From contig BPGT01000001.1 of NCBI GenBank assembly GCA_026003175.1, positions 408,839 through 472,838 on the forward strand: a stretch of 64,000 bases of DNA, read 5' to 3'. The DNA comes from Armatimonadota bacterium. GTDB taxonomy: Bacteria > Armatimonadota > HRBIN16. Numbering within the stretch: the first letter of the stretch is position 1; the number at the start of each line of letters is the position of its first letter. The position numbers were made by a program, and so were the translations under genes. A model generated the notes under the pieces. That model saw only the letters and a program-made list of their open reading frames with translations, was not told the DNA's origin and ran no database searches. Below are positions 16,966 through 27,534 of the stretch, in pieces.

Positions 16966-19900
16966 TTACCTGCGCGGAAGAACGGTTGTGGGTGCAGGTT
17001 CTGAAGCGGAACCGATAGTGTATTGCGCACGGAGCACGCGATCGATCTCGCTGAGCATTTCGTCGAGATGAATGCGCGTCGCGGTATCCAGCGGTCGGTT
17101 GCGCACCGCCTGTATCTGGTTCTTTAAACGGCGCAGGTGATAGCGAGCCAGCATCTTCGCATCGTCCGGCGCCTCCGAATCGGGGTTGACCAGCATGTCC
17201 GCCAGCGTGCGCAGGTACGTCCGCTGCAGCAGTCTGCGCAGCGCGGGCACGCTGGTGCCGTTGATGATTTCCGCATTGATCGCGTTACTGACCTGCTCGA
17301 AGAGCGCGGTCATGCTCAGAGTCTCGTCCGGCTTGCGTGCCTTGAACTCGTTGTTGGCAATCTGGCTGAGCGTTTGCTCGCTGAAGAGCCGACGCAGGGT
17401 GTGCACCTGAATGCCGGAGAGTGTATCCCGCACCGGCGCGTCCAGGCGAGGGCGGCTGTTAAGGAAGCTGGCATAGTCCGGGTAGGGGTCTGGAGCCAGC
17501 TTCAGATACACCTCTTTGGGGAAATTGAACGCCTTGGGCGAAAAGACGTACTGCGTCAACAGTGCCAGCGCGCGCTTTTGCTCGGCGGCGCTGAGACGGT
17601 ACCACGGGCGGTTTCTCGTTCGGATCGCCGCGATGGTTCTGGTGCAAGCGCACGCCCCCGATGTAGCGCGAGACCACGTTTGCCGCACGCGCATACATCG
17701 AGAGCAATCCGTTGAAACTGCGGGTCAGCTCATAGTAGTTCTCGCCGGACTTTACCGCTTTCGCGGGCAGCTGGGGTATCATCCGGCTCACATCTCTGAA
17801 GATGGTTGCCCAGTACTCCAGCGGGTCCTTGCCCAGGTCAAAACGGGTAATCAGTGGGTCTACGTTGTCAGCGAACTCGTCGCCCATGTACGCCAGTCCC
17901 GGCTCCGTGCAACGGCGGGCAATCGCACGCAACATGGGCAGTTCCGCCTCAGGGGAGGCCACTTTGCTGGGCTTGTAGCCGTACTCTATCGCCCAGTAGT
18001 CGTACACGCCTAGTCCGTGTGTCCAGTACGCCGAGTGTGGCGAGTGCAGCGCGATGATGTTCACCGGGGTATAATCCATCACCGAGGCTGTCATGCCCAG
18101 GTGGTTGATCCGGTCAGCGTTTGCCAAATCCGCGGTGGAATGCAGCGTGCTGGCAACGAAGTTATGGCGCAACCCCAGGATGTGCCCCATCTCGTGTGCC
18201 ACGACCTCGCGGATGTACTGCTTCACGTACTCCGACTCCGAGATGCGTGTGGACCGTGGCGACTGCATCAGCTTCATCGCCGTGGCACCGAACCACGCCT
18301 GATATGCCGCCTCTTCTGCCATGTTGCACAGGAAGGGGTTCGTAGGCAATGGTTCGGGGTCAAACGCACTGAGCGGGTTCACCATGCGCTTGAACTCGGT
18401 GCGGGCGAAGCGCGTCATGTTGGCGTCTACAGTGATACTGGCGTTGAGGATCTGCCCAGTGAGCGGGTTCGCACGGAACAGCGCCACGGCGTAGCCCGAG
18501 GAGGGTGAGGTTACCCAACGAATGACGTTGTAGCGCATGTCGGCATGGTCCCAGTCGGCGTCATCGGGCATCTGCTTGACCACGATAGCATCTTTGAAGC
18601 CGACGCGCTCGAGCGCCTTGTTCCACCAGAGAATGCCTTCGCGCACCGCCTCCCGATATTCAGTTGGTATCGCGTTGTCCAGCCAGAAGACGATAGGCTG
18701 CTTCGGAGGCGAGAGCGCAGCGTCAGGGTCGGCTTTTTCCAGATGCCAGCGCAGGATATAGCGCGTAGTCTGATCGTCCTTGTCCTGCGTAAAGTCCTGA
18801 AATTCGGTGACGAAGTAGCCGACACGTGGGTCCGCCAGTCGTGGACGGTAGCCGTTCTCGGGCAGGAAGAAGAGGTTGTAGGTGATATCCAGGGGCAAAC
18901 TGCGCGGGTCAGCGAGCGGTGCACCGGAGCTCATGCCTGGAATGGAGAAGGGCGAGCTGCCACCACCACCTCCTGCGCGCACCAGATGGTAAGCGGTTTG
19001 CACTACTAGATTGTTGGGAAAGTTCTTGATAGCGCTGATGACCGTCTTCTCGCGGTCGATGCTGTATGCTCCACCTGCTGCCTGCGCCAGTCGGGTAATC
19101 TGCGCGATGTCCGAGCGGAACAGGTCACTGATGTTAATCAGCAGGCTCTTGCGCCCTTCGCTGCGCGCCTCGATGCGGAACGACTCCAGATAGGCATCCG
19201 CAAAGGAACGCTTCACTGCACGCGCAATAGGTTGATGTTCGTCGGCACGGAAGCGGATATTGGGTACAACGAACAGAATCTGCTCGTCGCGCTTGACAAA
19301 CTTGAAGAGGATATCGTCAATGGGATTGCCAGCGGCGAGCGAATAGCCTCCCGTGCCTGTGCTCTGCGTCACCTGCAGCAGCATCAGCCTGTCCAGCTGG
19401 TCTTCGCGAATCTCCAGGTAGATAGTGTCCTTGCCCGCCTCCTTCTTGCGGTAGAGAGTGAACACACCCTCTATCTTCTCGTAGTCCTTCACCACTTCTT
19501 CGATGCTCTTCTCCTTCTTTTTGGGAGCTTCGGCAGGTTGGGCAGCCGCCGCCGCTCCACCGATGGGGCTACCTCCCGTGCGCTCCGCGCGAAGCGTGCC
19601 GTTGAAGGTAGGAGCTTGTTCCGAAGGGGCGAAGGGGAAGTTTTCCACCTGCAGGTTCATCACCACAATGTCTCCGGAGGCGACCTCCACCCATACCTCG
19701 CCCTGCAGGCTCATGTTCTTTTCCCTGCCCGTCTCGCGATAGGTATAGCGCAGTTTGGCTGTATCCACACCTCTAGTCTTCTCCAGGGCGAGCAGTTCGT
19801 ACTCGGCTACCGCGCTGGGGGTGCCCTTTTCGGCGTCCTCCCTATATTCGCGCGTCCACTTATCGCCAACGCCGACCGGATTGGGCGAAAAGACTATCTG

Positions 19901-20326
19901 GGTGGACTGCATCAAGCGCAGCTGCGCCTTACGCTCTGCTTCGGTGGGTTCACGTCCACCTTCCCATTTCACCGAAACCAGCGTGCCATCGGGTTTGGTG
20001 ACGGTAATGGTGCGTCGCTTGCTCGATTCCTCGGAGGCGGGCATCTTCTGACCGTTGAGGGTCATCTCCACCTCTTCGTCTACCGATTGGCGCGTGATTT
20101 CGCCCGAGGCAGAAACATCGAGGATTTCGTCTACAGAGGTTTGCTTGATGAGCACCTGAATCTTCTGTCCACCGAACTCGCTGCTGAGATCGGCTTCCAG
20201 ACGGTAGGTCATCTTCTGACCTTTTTGGGCTTTATACTGCAGAGACACTTTCTCTTGTGCCGTCGCGGCTATGGCCACCAGTAGCCAGAGCACGACGAGA
20301 ATCGCCGATGCGAATGTCCGTTTCAT
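16966..20326 (-). pseudogene. secreted zinc metalloprotease (DUF5118/DUF5117/DUF4953 EcxA-like) with extra N-terminal domain; frameshift near 17596
   Basis: Signal peptide, YRPRLADPRVGYF, HEMGHILGLRHNF, SVMDY Met-turn. KPPVVP joins LSAAEQKRAL if one base is removed. Confidence 0.82.
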
Positions 20327-20406
20327 ACCTCTTCCCCTTGTGTGCTGTATGGAGTTACGCTATAGATTATGGCATATTCCGCGGTAGTCACGCTCACGCG
20401 CTGGTA

Positions 20407-20415
20407 TGGTATAAT
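20407..20415 (+). promoter_or_regulatory. extended -10 promoter
   Basis: TGGTATAAT about 20 nt upstream of ATG 20435. Confidence 0.55.
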
Positions 20416-20434
20416 AGGCTCAGGTGAGCAGAAG

Positions 20435-21298
20435 ATGCCTTTTACCATCAACGAGTTTGAAGACTTGTTACAAATCCTGCAACAGCACCCTGAGTGGCGT
20501 GCGAGGCTGCTGGACAACTTGTTGGGAGAGGAGTTTCTTGCCCTGCCCCATCAAGTGCAGTTGCTCATTCAGGCACAGCAACGCACAGATGAGCAGCTGG
20601 CTGCCCTTACCGCAGAAGTTCGTGTGCTGGTGGAGTCGCAGAAGCGGCTTGCTGAGGAATTTGCCTCCTATCGGTTGCAGACAGACCAGTCCATCCGCGA
20701 ACTGGTGGAGTCGCAGAAGCAACTTGCTGAGGAATTTGTCGCATACCGTGCGCAGACTGACGCTCGCTTTGCCGAACTGTCTGAGACGGTGCGCGAACTG
20801 GCGGAAGCGCAGAAGAAGCTGACAGAGGAGTTCATTGCCTACCGGAGCAGTACTGACCGTCGCCTCGATGAAATTAGCAAGGAGCTCAGGAATCTCGCTG
20901 CGCGTGTGGGTATGAGCCTGGAAGAGGAAGCGGAAGATATGGTCTGGTGGGTACTAAAGCAGAAGGGCTACCGTTTTGCGGCTGGGTATCGGTCGGCACG
21001 CTTTGATGGGGAAGTGGACGTTGTGCTGATTGGTGAAACCCCTGAAGGCGAGAGTATCTCGGTGGTGATTGAAAGCAAAACCCGTCTTGGCAAAGGTGAT
21101 GTTTACGCCTGGGCACAAAGGGTTCAGTCTGACAGTTTTCGCCTTGGGATGCAGGCAGCAGGTTTTAGCCCTCCGTATCTGCCTTACCTGTTTGCCATGC
21201 GCCCAGACCCTGCAGCAGTAGAAGCTGCTAAAGAATCTGGGATAGGGCTGGTGAACACCCGGGGCGAGGTGGTGGAAGGCACACTCGTTATCCGCTAG
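20435..21298 (+). CDS. coiled-coil repeat protein with C-terminal PD-(D/E)XK-like domain
   Basis: N-terminal DLLQILQQHPEWR, three ~25-aa heptad repeats, GEVDVV...IESK. Confidence 0.7.
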   Translation: MPFTINEFEDLLQILQQHPEWRARLLDNLLGEEFLALPHQVQLLIQAQQRTDEQLAALTAEVRVLVESQKRLAEEFASYRLQTDQSIRELVESQKQLAEEFVAYRAQTDARFAELSETVRELAEAQKKLTEEFIAYRSSTDRRLDEISKELRNLAARVGMSLEEEAEDMVWWVLKQKGYRFAAGYRSARFDGEVDVVLIGETPEGESISVVIESKTRLGKGDVYAWAQRVQSDSFRLGMQAAGFSPPYLPYLFAMRPDPAAVEAAKESGIGLVNTRGEVVEGTLVIR

Positions 21299-23372
21299 CC
21301 ATCGCTGCGTCCACCTTCTCCACCTGAACATAGCACGTGTGGAACGTTGAACCGCCTCCCATGTCAGCCAACCTGTCGGAGGTCAGGGTGTTCACATTAC
21401 GTCCCCCCGGGCTATCCCGGTGCCACCACAGGGAGGGTGACCATGTGGTGCCTGGGCGCACATGCTCTGCGCTGACCATCGCCCGCAGCAGCACCTCCCC
21501 ACGCTGGTTGTAGACTCGCACCCAATCACCTTGCTGAATACCTCGCGCCTCGGCGTCTTGTGGATGCATCCAGAGACGCGGTTCCCGCTCGCCCTTTTGC
21601 ATCCGCTCCAGGTTGGCGAAAGAGGTGTTCAGGAAATGGTGCGCGGCAGGCGTCATCAACTTCAGGGGATAGCGCGTTCGGTCCACATCAGGCTCTTCGG
21701 CAGGGGTGTACACAGGCAGAGGGTCGTAGCCGTCCCGCTTTGCCCGCTCCGAGTATAGTTCTATTTTGCCCGAAGGGGTGTGGAAGCGTGGCTCACTGTG
21801 TAGATAAGGAGCGAACGGGTCGGAGGGTGTTTTGAGCTTGGCGAAGCCGTGTTCCAGTAAGTATTCATAAGTTATCCCCTGCAGATAGGGGTGGTCGCTG
21901 TCCAGCGCCTGACGGATAATCTCTTCGGCGGTGTCGTGGAAGCACTGCTCCTGAAAGCCCATCCGTCGTGCCAGCTCGGAGAGCACATCCCAGTTTGGGC
22001 GACTCTCGCCCAGTGGCGGAATAGCTGGCTGGTTCAACTGCACGTACAAATGCCCGTATGATGTGTGCAGGTCCAGATGCTCCATCTGCGTGGTAGCAGG
22101 TAACACGATGTCCGCCAGGCGGGCGGTATCTGTCCAGAGTTGTTCGTGCACGACGGTAAACAGGTCTTCGCGCAACATGCCCTCTATCACGCGGTTACTG
22201 TTGGGGGCGACCGCAGCCGGATTGGAATTGTACACGTAGAGCGCCATAATCGGCGGGTCGTCCAGCGTCAGCAGCGCATCGCCCAGCTGGTTCATGTTCA
22301 CCGCGCGCGGGGTACCCTGTAGCAAATCGGGACGTTTCACTGCCTTCATGTTGAGGGGAAAGTGTGCGCTGGTGGAAAGTAGAAGCCCCCCGCCTAGCTC
22401 CCGCCACGCCCCGATGATTGCGGGTAAACAGGTAATCGTGCGCACCATCATGCCGCCGTTAGCGTTGCGGGCGATACCGTAGCCCAGTCGGATGGCGGAC
22501 GGGCGTTGGGTGGCGTAGGTGATGGCGAGGCGTTCTATATCCTCTGCGGGGACGCCCGTTATTTGAGCCACTGTGCCCGGAGCATATTCGTGCATGACCT
22601 GTTCGCGAAGCGCCTCCCAGCCGACGGTGTATTTCCGTAGGAACTCTTCGTCATGTAGCCGTTCGCGGAAGATCACATGCATCATGCCCAGCGCAAGCGC
22701 GCTGTCCGTGCCGTGTTCGAGGTGCACATGCCAGTCGGCGCATTCGGCAGTGCGGGTGCGGAAGGGGTCTATCACAATGAGCATTGCTCCATGCTTTTGC
22801 GCCTCTCGCAGGATAGCCATCTGGTGCGTGCAGGTGCTAGCAGGGTTCATACCCCATACAATGATCGTCTTCGCATATATCAGGCTTTCGGGATCAATTC
22901 CTCCCGACCAGCCCATCGTGTAGCCGTATCCGGCCTCGGCAGCGGTAGAGCATATCGTGCGCAGAAGACGGCTAGCGCCCAGCCGATTCCACAGACGTCC
23001 ATCACAGGCAGACATGTTCACCACGCCCATCGTGCCTGCGTAGGAGTAGGGCAGAATGGCTTCCGCACCGTACGTGTCGATAATCTGCTTCCACCGCGCG
23101 ACGATGGTGTCCATCGCTTCCTCCCACGAAATGCGCTCAAACCTGCCTTCGCCTTTCGCACCCACGCGCTTGTGGGGATACAGTACGCGGTCGGAGCTAT
23201 ACACCCGCTCCTCGTAGTGAGCCACTTTGCAACACAGGTAACCGCGTGTAACCGGGTGGTCGGGATTACCGCGCACGCCCAGTAGCTGACCGTTCCTGAC
23301 GATTGCAATCATCGAGCAGGTATCCGGGCAGTCGTGCGGGCAAACGGTCTTCACTTCGCGAATCTCGGACAT
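21288..23372 (-). CDS. molybdopterin oxidoreductase (YyaE/BisC-like) with N-terminal 4Fe-4S motif
   Basis: CPHDCPDTC, RISWEEA, YSYAGTMG, ADIVLPAT, TPSGKIELYS, HPQDA C-terminal domain. Confidence 0.92.
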   Translation of the reverse strand: MSEIREVKTVCPHDCPDTCSMIAIVRNGQLLGVRGNPDHPVTRGYLCCKVAHYEERVYSSDRVLYPHKRVGAKGEGRFERISWEEAMDTIVARWKQIIDTYGAEAILPYSYAGTMGVVNMSACDGRLWNRLGASRLLRTICSTAAEAGYGYTMGWSGGIDPESLIYAKTIIVWGMNPASTCTHQMAILREAQKHGAMLIVIDPFRTRTAECADWHVHLEHGTDSALALGMMHVIFRERLHDEEFLRKYTVGWEALREQVMHEYAPGTVAQITGVPAEDIERLAITYATQRPSAIRLGYGIARNANGGMMVRTITCLPAIIGAWRELGGGLLLSTSAHFPLNMKAVKRPDLLQGTPRAVNMNQLGDALLTLDDPPIMALYVYNSNPAAVAPNSNRVIEGMLREDLFTVVHEQLWTDTARLADIVLPATTQMEHLDLHTSYGHLYVQLNQPAIPPLGESRPNWDVLSELARRMGFQEQCFHDTAEEIIRQALDSDHPYLQGITYEYLLEHGFAKLKTPSDPFAPYLHSEPRFHTPSGKIELYSERAKRDGYDPLPVYTPAEEPDVDRTRYPLKLMTPAAHHFLNTSFANLERMQKGEREPRLWMHPQDAEARGIQQGDWVRVYNQRGEVLLRAMVSAEHVRPGTTWSPSLWWHRDSPGGRNVNTLTSDRLADMGGGSTFHTCYVQVEKVDAAMASG

Positions 23373-23625
23373 AGTCGGTTTCTCCGAGCAATTTAGTGAT
23401 GCTAGTATAGCGCATCTAATCCGCTGTATGCAAATCGGTGGGATGTGCAAAGGCAACCAAACCAAGAACACCACCGACTACCCAAGAGCGTTCCCTTTCT
23501 CAGGCGCTGCAGAGCCTCTTTCGGGATGGATGGAACAACGACAACACAGAATGTGTGGATACTTACTATACTGTAACTTTTTATTCAACATTCCAAAATT
23601 TTTCCCAAAAATTATCTCAAACTAC

Positions 23626-23654
23626 TTGACTCTTTAGTCATAAACATCTATACT
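23626..23654 (+). promoter_or_regulatory. sigma70 promoter of the GntR-LacI/DUF1559 operon, with palindrome over the -35
   Basis: TTGACT-N17-TATACT; TGACT-cttt-AGTCA inverted repeat at 23627-23640. Confidence 0.65.
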
Positions 23655-23723
23655 TATAGTAACACAGTTCTATAACGCTTTAACGCGATTTTCATCCCGT
23701 TTCGCAAACGGAAGAGGCACAGC

Positions 23724-24785
23724 GTGCAAATCAAACACGTATGGGTGAGACAGCAGGTGCTGGAGGAAATCCAGCAGGGGCGGTACGACGACCGTCTGCC
23801 AACAAAGCAACAGCTTGCTGAACGATTCGGGGTAAGCATTGGCACGGTGTCGCGTGCGCTTGAAACCCTCTGCCAGGAAGGATGGCTGGAGTACAGGCGA
23901 GGGGCGGGCATCTATGCCTGCGTATCTGCGCCCCCACGCACCAGGCAGGTTGCTTTCGTAGTGAGCTCACCTGCTGATGTGGTGGAGCACACCTATCATG
24001 GCCCTCTCTTCCGTGCCCTGTGCGACGTATGCGCCGAGTCAGACATCAACTTGATGGTGGCGCCAACACCTGTGGACGAATGGGCGCTCTTACCCGAACG
24101 CTATCCCAAAATCGCCCTCTATGTGGTGGCTCCTCCGGTGAACAGCTTGAGCGTGCTGGCATCCCTCTGGCAAAAGGGCGTTCCGCTAGTGGCGGTTGGG
24201 GCGTCGTGGCAGGAGGAAGTGGTCTTTCCCACAGTGGACAGCGACAACCGGGGCGGTGCACGACGGGGAGTAGAGTATCTGCTGCACCTTGGTCACCGGC
24301 GTATTGCGTACATCAACGGCTCGGAGAACAGCACCAACTGTCGCGATCGACTGGCGGGGTATCTGGATGCACTGCAGGCGTGGAGTATTCAGGCAGACGA
24401 GCGTTGGATCATCCGCCCCGACGATGACACGCACCTTTCGCCATCCGCACGGAACGCGCTGATGGACCTCTTGCTGATGCCGGAACGCCCAACGGCGATA
24501 TTTTGCGCAGGCTACTTTCTGGCGTTGGACGTGATAGCTCTTGCGGAACAGCTGGGCATCGCCGTTCCGCGCCAGCTGAGCATACTGGGCACCGACGACC
24601 CGGTATCGGCACGTTACCTGAATCCGCCGCTCACCACCCTGCGCCAGCCACTGTACCAGATGGGCAGACGAGCGGCAGATGTGTTGTTGCGGAACCTTTC
24701 ACGTCGTGCCGTACCGGAAAGGGTGCACGCAAAGCTGCCGGTAGAGCTGGTCACACGCGCCTCGTGCGCGCCACCGGGGCACTAA
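23724..24785 (+). CDS. GntR-HTH + LacI-type sugar-binding domain regulator (AraR architecture)
   Basis: LPTKQQLAERFGVSIGTVSRAL..G.G; VDSDN, LGHRRIAYI, PTAIFC, PPLTTLRQP. Confidence 0.92.
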   Translation: MQIKHVWVRQQVLEEIQQGRYDDRLPTKQQLAERFGVSIGTVSRALETLCQEGWLEYRRGAGIYACVSAPPRTRQVAFVVSSPADVVEHTYHGPLFRALCDVCAESDINLMVAPTPVDEWALLPERYPKIALYVVAPPVNSLSVLASLWQKGVPLVAVGASWQEEVVFPTVDSDNRGGARRGVEYLLHLGHRRIAYINGSENSTNCRDRLAGYLDALQAWSIQADERWIIRPDDDTHLSPSARNALMDLLLMPERPTAIFCAGYFLALDVIALAEQLGIAVPRQLSILGTDDPVSARYLNPPLTTLRQPLYQMGRRAADVLLRNLSRRAVPERVHAKLPVELVTRASCAPPGH

Positions 24786-24860
24786 ACAGGTAGCAATCGT
24801 CCGCTAAGGTGGACGTTAGCGATAAACACAACAAAACTCGTTCGAGGAGGTCGTTTCACC

Positions 24861-25616
24861 ATGCGACGCAGCGGTTTCACGCTGATTGAGCTGCTCGTAG
24901 TTATCGCGATCATCGCGATACTAGCAGCGATTCTGTTCCCTGTGTTCTCGCAGGCACGCGAGAGCGCACGCAAGACAGCCTGTCTGTCCAACACCAAGCA
25001 GATTGGTCTGGCAGTCAACATGTACGTGCAAGACTACGACGAAACCTTCTTCCCGCAGCCATGGCCTGGTGGCTGCCCGGACCTGGGTTATTTCACTACC
25101 AACCCTGCTCATCCCAAGCAGCACTGGGCAACAATGATTTACCCGTACGTGAAGAACGGTGGGTTGTTCGACTGTCCCAGCTATTCGGGCACGACCTACG
25201 TCGCTTCGTATGCCCTATGGGTCTGCGGGGACCCGGACAGGAAGCGCATCGTGCCGTTCGTGGAGTACGGCATCAATGAGCTTATTCTTGGCAGTAGCAC
25301 CGGCGTATCTCTGGCGGCAATTCAGTCACCTGCAAACATTGGCATCATTGCCGACAACAACTATATCTTCAGCTGGCGCAACTGCTTGTTGGGCCCGCTA
25401 GACAGCCAGCCCCGTTTCTACTGGCCGGAAGGACGCGGCGGCTGGGAGTTCTATCAGGGCAACCCACGCCACCAGGGCGGCATGAACTTCGTGTACGCTG
25501 ATGGGCACTCGAAATGGGCACGGTCCGCCAACAATCCCAATCCGAAGCCGGACCGTCCATACGAGTGGGGATACTATCCGGTGCTGATGTCAGACGATAC
25601 CTGCACACCTCCGTAA
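24861..25616 (+). CDS. prepilin N-methylation / DUF1559 / H-X9-DG protein
   Basis: [58 protein letters not shown]. Confidence 0.92.
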   Translation: MRRSGFTLIELLVVIAIIAILAAILFPVFSQARESARKTACLSNTKQIGLAVNMYVQDYDETFFPQPWPGGCPDLGYFTTNPAHPKQHWATMIYPYVKNGGLFDCPSYSGTTYVASYALWVCGDPDRKRIVPFVEYGINELILGSSTGVSLAAIQSPANIGIIADNNYIFSWRNCLLGPLDSQPRFYWPEGRGGWEFYQGNPRHQGGMNFVYADGHSKWARSANNPNPKPDRPYEWGYYPVLMSDDTCTPP

Positions 25617-25635
25617 GGCGGGTGGGGTGAACACC

Positions 25636-25827
25636 ATGAACAAAAACATATCGGCTCCGCTGGCGATTGCCATCATCGTGGTGGTGCTGCTCGTGGTCGG
25701 TTTCTTCCTCTACCGGGGGATGACCGGCGGGGTACAGGGCAACGGTCGCGAAGGTGAAGTACAGGCGGCTCCGCCGGTCCCCGGTGGAGGAGCACCACCC
25801 AACATGGCAGCGCCGGGAACGCGGTAG
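25636..25827 (+). CDS. small single-TM protein with Gly/Pro-rich tail
   Basis: MNKNISAPLAIAIIVVVLLVVGFFLY..; directly after DUF1559 and before a terminator. Confidence 0.75.
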   Translation: MNKNISAPLAIAIIVVVLLVVGFFLYRGMTGGVQGNGREGEVQAAPPVPGGGAPPNMAAPGTR

Positions 25828-25841
25828 GGGCAACGACACAC

Positions 25842-25872
25842 CCCGGGGAGAGGAGGACCACCTCTCTCCGGG
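25842..25872. terminator. hairpin between convergent genes
   Basis: CCCGGGGAGAGG-aggacca-CCTCTCTCCGGG followed by TTTAT. Confidence 0.6.
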
Positions 25873-25878
25873 TTTATC

Positions 25879-26178
25879 TTATCCGCGCAGGATAATGTAG
25901 CCGATGATGCCCATCCATACGATGGCAAACAGAGCAGCGAACACCAGCACTACTACACCGATAATCCCCAGAATGTATCCTGCTTCCGCCATGCCGCGCC
26001 CCGATTCGGGAGACTCGCCTCGCTCGATAGCCTGACGCTCCGCCTTACCCAATATCCATGCCGGTATAGCGAACAATCCCATAGACACCAGCCCCAGTAT
26101 CCCGAACACCAGCGCGAGAATGGCACGCGAACCGGGATACTCCCCTGTACGCATGGGTTTGGGTGGTTGCACAGACAT
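25879..26178 (-). CDS. DUF4190-like two-TM membrane protein
   Basis: AILALVFGILGL..AWILG..I.RG..GRGMAEAGYILGIIG. Confidence 0.8.
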   Translation of the reverse strand: MSVQPPKPMRTGEYPGSRAILALVFGILGLVSMGLFAIPAWILGKAERQAIERGESPESGRGMAEAGYILGIIGVVVLVFAALFAIVWMGIIGYIILRG

Positions 26179-26259
26179 TGCGTGTCGTACCTCCTGCGAT
26201 TACTCATTTAATGAGACATATTACAAGCATCAGAGGTTGCCAGCAATGCCGGCAGTCCG

Positions 26260-26350
26260 TTAAGCTTCAACCTTCTGGAGGGACACGCTCCGTTGTTGAC
26301 CGCGATACTGAAGGTGCGACAGACCAGCCAGAAGCCGAGTTGAAGCTTAA
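26260..26350. mobile_element. 91-bp putative MITE with TTAAGCTTCAAC termini
   Basis: Perfect 12-bp TIR, extended by CTTCTGG/CCAGAAG. The interior has a REP-like GGAGGGACACGCTCCGT motif. Confidence 0.5.
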
Positions 26351-27534
26351 TATCGGTGCATCGTGCCGTCTTCGCGACGCACGATGGGCATGAACGCTCG
26401 CTGATAAGGGTATCTCGCCGCCAGATGCTCGTTAATGTCCAGCCCGATGCCGGGGCGTTCTGGCGGATAGGCATAACCATCCCGGAACTCGCATGCACCT
26501 GGCATGACTTCATACGCCGGCTCGGGGAACGTCACCCACTCCTGCACACCGAAATTAGGTATCACCATGTCCAGATGCACTGCTGCTGCCTGCGCAATCG
26601 GTCCCAGGTCCGCCGCCCCATGAAACGCCATCTGCACGCCATATGTCTCGGCAACGGCGGCGATTTTGCGCATTTCAGTAATTCCGCCCACGTGCATAGG
26701 CGCGCAGCGCAGATAGTCTATCCACCGGTTCTGCAGCAGAGGCAGGGCGTCATAACGGTTGTGCACAATCTCGCCCATCGCCAGAGGTGTGGTGGATGCT
26801 TGCCTCACCAGCGCGAAGCTGGGTATCTGTTCTGGAGGTAGTACATCCTCCAAGAAGAACAAGCGGTATGGTTCCAGCTGCTTCGCCAGCCACGCCGCCT
26901 GAATGGGGGTCAGTTGCTCGTGCACGTCGTGGCATAGCTCCACTGCATCGCCCAGCTGCCTGCGCAGATACTCGAACAGCTTCACGTGTTCCAACATGTA
27001 GGGTGTAGGATCAAAATACTGTGCCGGCGGGATGCCCGGGCGAGGCGGTGGCTCGGTGCGCACCATCCCCGACCCCCCGTACCCGCCAATCTGAGCGCGG
27101 ATGACCCGGTATCCCTTCGCCTGCAGTTGGCGCACGCTTTCCTCTACCTCCTGCGGTGTGCGTCCTCCAGCGTGCCCGTAGCACAGCACCTTATCTCGAG
27201 CTGCGCCACCCAGCAGCTGATAAACCGGCATGTTCGCCAGTTTGCCCTTGATGTCCCACAGCGCGATGTCTATCGCGCCGATCGCCGCTGCATAAACAGG
27301 ACCACCGCGCCAGTAGGTATGATGGTACAGGAAGTACCAGATGTCCTCGATGCGCTGCGGGTCCATGCCGACGAGCAGGTGGGAACAGTGCTCAATTGCC
27401 GCAGCCACTGCCAGCTCGCTTCCGTTGAGTGTACCGTCGCCTACGCCATACACGCCCTCATCGGTTATCACCTTCACCAGCACATAGTTGCGGCCGGGGC
27501 AAGTAAGGATGACACGCACTTCGGCGATTTTCAT
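26347..27534 (-). CDS. enolase-superfamily sugar-acid dehydratase (RspA/ManD type)
   Basis: CPGRNYVLVK, GDGTLNGSEL, YWRGGP, HDVHE, FFLED, AMGE, NFGVQE, RREDGT. Confidence 0.9.
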   Translation of the reverse strand: MKIAEVRVILTCPGRNYVLVKVITDEGVYGVGDGTLNGSELAVAAAIEHCSHLLVGMDPQRIEDIWYFLYHHTYWRGGPVYAAAIGAIDIALWDIKGKLANMPVYQLLGGAARDKVLCYGHAGGRTPQEVEESVRQLQAKGYRVIRAQIGGYGGSGMVRTEPPPRPGIPPAQYFDPTPYMLEHVKLFEYLRRQLGDAVELCHDVHEQLTPIQAAWLAKQLEPYRLFFLEDVLPPEQIPSFALVRQASTTPLAMGEIVHNRYDALPLLQNRWIDYLRCAPMHVGGITEMRKIAAVAETYGVQMAFHGAADLGPIAQAAAVHLDMVIPNFGVQEWVTFPEPAYEVMPGACEFRDGYAYPPERPGIGLDINEHLAARYPYQRAFMPIVRREDGTMHRY

